Below, piece after piece: positions 56,433 to 61,316 of a stretch of 61,316 nucleotides of DNA (within the stretch, counting starts at the first letter, position 1; every line of letters starts with the position of its first letter). A program made the translations under genes and the position numbers. Source of the stretch: a virus. Taxonomy: Duplodnaviria > Caudoviricetes. The stretch covers positions 1 to 61,316 of IMG/VR virus record IMGVR_UViG_3300023109_000024, one strand, 5' to 3'. The notes below the pieces were generated by a model. It searched no databases and had not been told where the DNA came from. It saw nothing but the letters and a program-made list of their open reading frames with translations.

Positions 56433-58109
56433 TTAATCTTCAACTCCTGGTGTTGTTGTTACAGGAGGATTCGTATTCGTTGGATTAGGTATCGTACCAA
56501 CTTGATCCTTCTGTTTAAATCCTTTACCTTCACCTTGACTCTTCGGCGGAGTAGGTGCGGCACCGTGTAATACAAGGTTGCCTTCAGCAAAGTCTTCCTT
56601 ATTCACGCCTAATGCTTTAATTAATTGTTTCTTATCATCATCACCTGATGCATCTATAGTTCGTGTTGTGCTTGCGATTTCTGCTAATAACGAACTAGCG
56701 GATGAATTTGGATCAATTTCGCCTACTGCGCCACCTTCTGCCATACGAACAACATCATCAATATAAGTTGTTGTACCATTTATGTGCGTAGTAGCACTGC
56801 TGTCAATGGCCATTTTATTCGTAGACTTTAAATGCATTTCATCATTTGATACTAAATGCATTTTACCCGTACTAGTGTAGCGCATACCTGCTGATGATTT
56901 AACATCAATGAAACCTTCTGAGTCTTCAAGCGCTGCACTGCTAGGCGGTGATCCTGCAGGGGTTCCTTTAGATTCGATACGAATATTATTTGCGCTTTGT
57001 ATATCGATTTGACCTAAATGATGTGTATCGGCATCAGTAATACCTTCGACTTCAGGATTCGCTTTAACCTCTGTAGCAATACGAAGTGATCCCGATGTCA
57101 TATCTATGTTATTATTACCACCTGTAGCGTATAAGTAGATACCGTTATTGTCTGCTTGTATTGTTGTGAGATCAACAGATTGTATTTTTAATTTACTCTC
57201 GGTAACAATATTAAAGTCGTTAGCAGAGTGTTGTTGCATATCCGCATGTGTATTCAATATCATCTTGGCGCCTGAGTTAATCGTTGTTTCGCCACGAGAA
57301 GTTAATGTAAAGTTTTCACATTCAATATCAAGATCGCCACCAAAGTGCATTTTACCATTCATGTCAACTTTTAATGTATAATCTTGTCCGATCATCGTAT
57401 TCACATCACCCATGGTATCACTCACAACACCACCGCCGATCATTTGTTGTAATCCTTTCATGCCAGTCGTTTTAATTAATATATCGCCATCATCATTGAA
57501 TTGTATAATAGAACCCGTATGATGTACAATTTGTAAACAACCTTCTTCTGTTAATAAAACATATTGCTGATCATCCTTAGACGATAACACACGATTGTCA
57601 AGATCTCTTTCTGGTATCTCACCTAACTCTTCTTCATGTTCACGACTGTATGCGTCAACCATTTTTTGATCTTGTGTTCTAACTTGTGTAGCAGCTGCAA
57701 GTATTCCTTCTATTTCATCAATGCCTTCGCCACCCAGAGCAGGATGTAAAGGAAACTTACCGAATACACTCGCATCTGATGTATACTCTGCCTCTTCAGT
57801 TCCGTTAGTATCAGTACCTGCAGGAGCCTGCGAGTTATAGCCTGGGATACGACCTAAGACAATAGGATGCTGTCCTTGCGCACCATCGAGAAACGCACCC
57901 AATACCCAATCACCAACTAAAGGCACAGTTGATACCGCACCATATGTTCCATCAACAACAGGCGCCCATGGTAAGTCATCCGCAGACACAACCGCAGGAT
58001 CAAGATCATGGAATCCTAATGCCTTAACTTTAACACGACCTAAATTCTGCCCATCCTCACGAGCAACCACGAATCCTACAAAATGTGTAAACTGTCCAAT
58101 ACCTGCCAT
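56433..58109 (-). CDS. gp5: Baseplate central spike gp5 (OB-fold plus beta-helix, no lysozyme domain)
   Basis: F.G.V..RED...LGRVKVK..GFH...DLPWA...P..GDWV.G.FLDG...Q.PIVLG; H.TGS...F..DG; ~8-residue beta-helix repeats. Confidence 0.9.
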   Translation of the reverse strand: MAGIGQFTHFVGFVVAREDGQNLGRVKVKALGFHDLDPAVVSADDLPWAPVVDGTYGAVSTVPLVGDWVLGAFLDGAQGQHPIVLGRIPGYNSQAPAGTDTNGTEEAEYTSDASVFGKFPLHPALGGEGIDEIEGILAAATQVRTQDQKMVDAYSREHEEELGEIPERDLDNRVLSSKDDQQYVLLTEEGCLQIVHHTGSIIQFNDDGDILIKTTGMKGLQQMIGGGVVSDTMGDVNTMIGQDYTLKVDMNGKMHFGGDLDIECENFTLTSRGETTINSGAKMILNTHADMQQHSANDFNIVTESKLKIQSVDLTTIQADNNGIYLYATGGNNNIDMTSGSLRIATEVKANPEVEGITDADTHHLGQIDIQSANNIRIESKGTPAGSPPSSAALEDSEGFIDVKSSAGMRYTSTGKMHLVSNDEMHLKSTNKMAIDSSATTHINGTTTYIDDVVRMAEGGAVGEIDPNSSASSLLAEIASTTRTIDASGDDDKKQLIKALGVNKEDFAEGNLVLHGAAPTPPKSQGEGKGFKQKDQVGTIPNPTNTNPPVTTTPGVED

Positions 58110-58110
58110 A

Positions 58111-59601
58111 TTATGATCCTGTTATATCCGCTGATGTTGTTGTAGATTCAAATGAAGGGGGTTCAGCAGATCCTGGTTTAATCTTTTTATCACCGCCACC
58201 ACGTAAAGACTTACTATAAGACATTCGAGTATCCCATTTCGCATCAGTTATCACATGAGTCAATCCAGCAATCATCTGCGCACCACCAAAGTATTTATCC
58301 TGTATCCCACCATTCTTCATAGCCAATACAGTATACTCTGGAATCAATACGTTAATACAATTACCTGGATATAAGTTTCCACGACCTTTAATCGATCCTC
58401 CCATTAATGATGCATTGAAATGATAATCGAATACAGGTTTCGTACTTAATGTTTCTTTATAATAAGGATATGTTCTATCATAGTTCGCTTGTCGATCATA
58501 CTGTTCTCCTATGTTAGCATAGTCCTTAAACACATATGTTTCATTAATATGGTTGACATCTCCAGTCGTCTGTGTTATAAACTTAGATGAATTCTGCAAC
58601 TGTGGATTCGTCTCAACACCTTCGTAACCTAGATAGTTGTCTTTGTAATGATAATAGTAGTGATTGATGTCTCGATTGGATAAGTCGATCTCCGAGACTC
58701 TCGCTGAATACGCTTGCGCTTGTATCGCTTCCATTGAGTTGACGTTTGGAAATGTGCCGTTCGATATGAGTTGCTGAGCACGATCTTGTCCATCAGGAGA
58801 ATTGTCTTCTTTTCCGTTAGAATACTCAAATCGATACGCCTCATCAATTAAATTTAATCGATTCTTTTCTACTAGGTATTCTGTGGTGCAAAAATAGAAT
58901 TTCTCTCTCGTCTCAAAAAACATGAAATAACTCGATGAATTTTTTTCGCTGTACGCTCGTTTCCCTATCATCTGTATTGCTTTTTGAGGACTTATACCTG
59001 GAAACACTATAGTATAACGACTATCTGTGGGTTCTATCTCTATATCTTTCTTTATACTTAATGCATTTCCTGCTTTATCTTTCTTTGGACATAAATCATT
59101 TGTTAAATTTAAATAATATTCTTCATATATTGCATTCACCATTTCACTATAAGACATGTTTCTATATGCTTTATTGACTATCTTTGTATCAGAGAATACC
59201 TTTTGTGGTGATGTAAAGAATAATCTATATTGTAATGCGGTTTCTTTATTCCCATCAAGCATATCGATTTGTTCGATTGCGTATATAAAATAAGTTTCTT
59301 TTTTGAGTTGGGAAGCATCGTTAAATGTTTCGTAGTCATAGTATTCTATATGTAGATACTCTTCTCCCCGCACATGAAAAAAATTACCCTCTGCGTTATC
59401 GGTGACTGTATCGTATATCATTCCGTATGAGTCAGCGATATCTATGTACCCTTCAACGTATGGATTACGAATACTCTCGTCTATTGTGATAGCGATATAG
59501 TTGTTTAGGATATCTACAGACTCTTCTGTCTCATGAGAAACAAGAAGCAGTTTCGATATTCCTATATGACCCGCCGTGGGTTTGATTTTAGGATTAGTCA
59601 T
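58111..59601 (-). CDS. Baseplate hub protein (gp27-like, by position)
   Basis: Between gp53 and gp5; I.I.ESI..P...G.I.I.D, GEE...I, FMFFET...FYF, G...L..G..I...P, I..L.H.I pattern. Confidence 0.65.
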   Translation of the reverse strand: MTNPKIKPTAGHIGISKLLLVSHETEESVDILNNYIAITIDESIRNPYVEGYIDIADSYGMIYDTVTDNAEGNFFHVRGEEYLHIEYYDYETFNDASQLKKETYFIYAIEQIDMLDGNKETALQYRLFFTSPQKVFSDTKIVNKAYRNMSYSEMVNAIYEEYYLNLTNDLCPKKDKAGNALSIKKDIEIEPTDSRYTIVFPGISPQKAIQMIGKRAYSEKNSSSYFMFFETREKFYFCTTEYLVEKNRLNLIDEAYRFEYSNGKEDNSPDGQDRAQQLISNGTFPNVNSMEAIQAQAYSARVSEIDLSNRDINHYYYHYKDNYLGYEGVETNPQLQNSSKFITQTTGDVNHINETYVFKDYANIGEQYDRQANYDRTYPYYKETLSTKPVFDYHFNASLMGGSIKGRGNLYPGNCINVLIPEYTVLAMKNGGIQDKYFGGAQMIAGLTHVITDAKWDTRMSYSKSLRGGGDKKIKPGSAEPPSFESTTTSADITGS

Positions 59602-60172
59602 TTAGAATAGTTTTCATCTCGTCAATGATTTGATTCACGTATTGCGTTCCAACCACGTTAATATTTCTTTTCTTTTCGTTTTCTTGAACTTCATAGTCGT
59701 AGTATCGCATGGCGATGAACTCGGCAGAAGCATATTTTCCGCCTTCCTGTGTTGCTCTAGTGATTCTTAGATCAGGAGAATACTTCGAGGCATAATAAAC
59801 TATGTTGTCGGTTATTGTTTCGTTCTTTGTCCATTCGATTACTTGAATATCTTCTGGTGTGTAATCTAAATTCAGGTCAGTTTTTGCTTCGAGTGTATAT
59901 TTTTCTGCGATATAACGCTCGAGTACATCATCAGGTTTCCAAAAATCTGTGTAAGGATCAACAATATCGTTTGCCATTCCTACTAACCATGATAGTCCTG
60001 CATCGCCATAATAATTATATGCGACTGATTCCATCGTATCGCCTTCTTCTAATGTATATGGCAGGAATACTAATGAATCACCTTGAAGTTTTGACATGAT
60101 GTCTGCACGTCTTGACAGATCAACCATCTCTTGTCCGTTCCAATTTACTGTTGGGAATGATTTAAAATACAT
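59594..60172 (-). CDS. gp53: Baseplate wedge protein gp53 (LysM-like)
   Basis: MYFKSFP, Y.LEEGDT.E.VAYNYYGD....WLV..AN.I.DP, YDYE..ENEKKRNI. Confidence 0.9.
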   Translation of the reverse strand: MYFKSFPTVNWNGQEMVDLSRRADIMSKLQGDSLVFLPYTLEEGDTMESVAYNYYGDAGLSWLVGMANDIVDPYTDFWKPDDVLERYIAEKYTLEAKTDLNLDYTPEDIQVIEWTKNETITDNIVYYASKYSPDLRITRATQEGGKYASAEFIAMRYYDYEVQENEKKRNINVVGTQYVNQIIDEMKTILND

Positions 60173-60177
60173 ATGAA

Positions 60178-61316
60178 TTACCTATCGACCGGAAGATTTT
60201 TGAAGTAAGATTCTTTAACAGGGTATTTTGATGAGTTACCTGCTGATACATTGCGTTCAACGATCTTACCATCTTTAGTATATATGTTATATTTTTTAAC
60301 AGAACGAGAACCTTGCCCAGGTATGCCAGTGCCTCCTACCTTTTGTTTATATGCAGGAGCAGTGTCATCCGCCTCAGGACTTTCCTCTTCTGCTTTATTT
60401 TCTGTGACAGCATCCGCTTGCTCGCCATCTCCTGCAGGAATAACACCTTCATCTGTTTGGCCATCGTCTGTGCTTTCGCTATCTTTATCAGTAGCAGCGT
60501 CTGTTCCTGTTGTTCCAGGTAACCCTTCTGCGAAATCTGCTCGGGTACGAATGTCTGTTTCTGTCGTATTCATCGAGCAACGAATAACAGATGCGGTTCC
60601 GCCTTTATTCAATACCATACCTTGCGGAGTATAGTCAACATTGAACTGGTTGACCATTAAAAATTTTCCTGTTCTAAATACTTTTGCTAACCCACCACTA
60701 ACAGATTTTAATTCTATTGAAATCATTGCAGGATATTTCAACAATCCTCGATTCAATGTATTGCTGAATGTGTCGCTTTCTATTCCTGGAACAGGATTAG
60801 CATAAGAAGGGTGAATATAAAAATTAATTAGTCGAATAATATCATCTAATTCTTGTGACTCTTTTAAATTTTTTGGAGAGAAAAGCCATTCGAAGTTGTG
60901 AATTTTTAGATCAACCCCGTCGAATATAAGCGTTGTTTGATTGTTAACTGCTGAACCTGCTGATGCTGATAATGCTTGTCCTGCCTGAGGAGAAATCTTT
61001 GAACCTGCAACCTTTGCTAAATATACTGCTAAGTTGCCACCTGCCGCAACTGCCCCACCTATGTCTTGCTTCACTCTATCTAAAACAGATGCTGCATCAA
61101 ATCCTGTTGCTCCCTCTTTTGCAGAAGATGCGTCTGATTTGATATTTTCTATAATATCTCCGCCCATAGACGCACCAGCAATGTCTGCTGTAGCAGCGCC
61201 AATAACACCTATTTGTGAACCGCCGACCTCTAATCTAGATGATTCAACAATATTTTGTGGGAGAGGCAATGCAATAGATGCTTTTACGCCATAATCAGAT
61301 GATCCTTTTTTAATCG
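60178..61316 (-). CDS. gp48: Baseplate tail-tube cap gp48-like, 5'-truncated by the window edge
   Basis: Frame is open to the edge (..KASIALPLPQNI); N.QTTLIFDGVDLK.H.FEW.FSPKN..ES..L..II, LKYP, V..F.VDYTP motifs. Confidence 0.82.
   Translation of the reverse strand, partial: IKKGSSDYGVKASIALPLPQNIVESSRLEVGGSQIGVIGAATADIAGASMGGDIIENIKSDASSAKEGATGFDAASVLDRVKQDIGGAVAAGGNLAVYLAKVAGSKISPQAGQALSASAGSAVNNQTTLIFDGVDLKIHNFEWLFSPKNLKESQELDDIIRLINFYIHPSYANPVPGIESDTFSNTLNRGLLKYPAMISIELKSVSGGLAKVFRTGKFLMVNQFNVDYTPQGMVLNKGGTASVIRCSMNTTETDIRTRADFAEGLPGTTGTDAATDKDSESTDDGQTDEGVIPAGDGEQADAVTENKAEEESPEADDTAPAYKQKVGGTGIPGQGSRSVKKYNIYTKDGKIVERNVSAGNSSKYPVKESYFKNLPVDR

Noticed and set aside
29-61294. Many 60-146 aa plus-strand and off-frame ORFs in the track
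   Set aside because: They lie inside long genes with recognisable motifs and lack RBS or promoter support; they are consistent with antisense shadows of biased codon usage.
1-61316. tRNAs, structured ncRNAs, Rho-independent terminators and stop-codon recoding
   Set aside because: Intergenic gaps are at most ~70 nt and AT-rich, with no convincing hairpin plus U-tract. Genes are full length under the standard code, ending in TAA, TAG or TGA.

Overview
The window is the late (virion morphogenesis) region of a large, AT-rich T4-like myovirus. It resembles marine/aquatic T4-like phages of the cyanophage, pelagiphage or alphaproteobacterial type; the host cannot be determined from this window. Read on the minus strand, the order is gp48 (partial), gp53, hub, gp5, an unknown gene, gp25, gp6, gp7, gp8, a DUF4815 giant protein, about 40 kb of accessory fibre/decoration genes, gp13, gp14 and the start of gp15. 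One gene (17890-20451) is on the plus strand, behind a palindromic bidirectional T4-type late promoter. The most striking signal is six helical domains in two predicted virion proteins, each carrying a K-C-x-R-D motif that aligns without gaps to the bilin-attachment helix of phycobiliproteins. This suggests a possibly bilin-binding (pigmented) virion appendage. Other notable points are a four-level nested domain insertion in an LRR protein, small mobile modules grafted into core neck and baseplate proteins, an apparently dead M15-like peptidase beside a lysozyme-less gp5, and a possible inversion scar around the reversed gene. All family calls come from motif recognition by eye; no searches were run. 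No tRNA, rRNA, CRISPR array, integrase or transposase was recognised.
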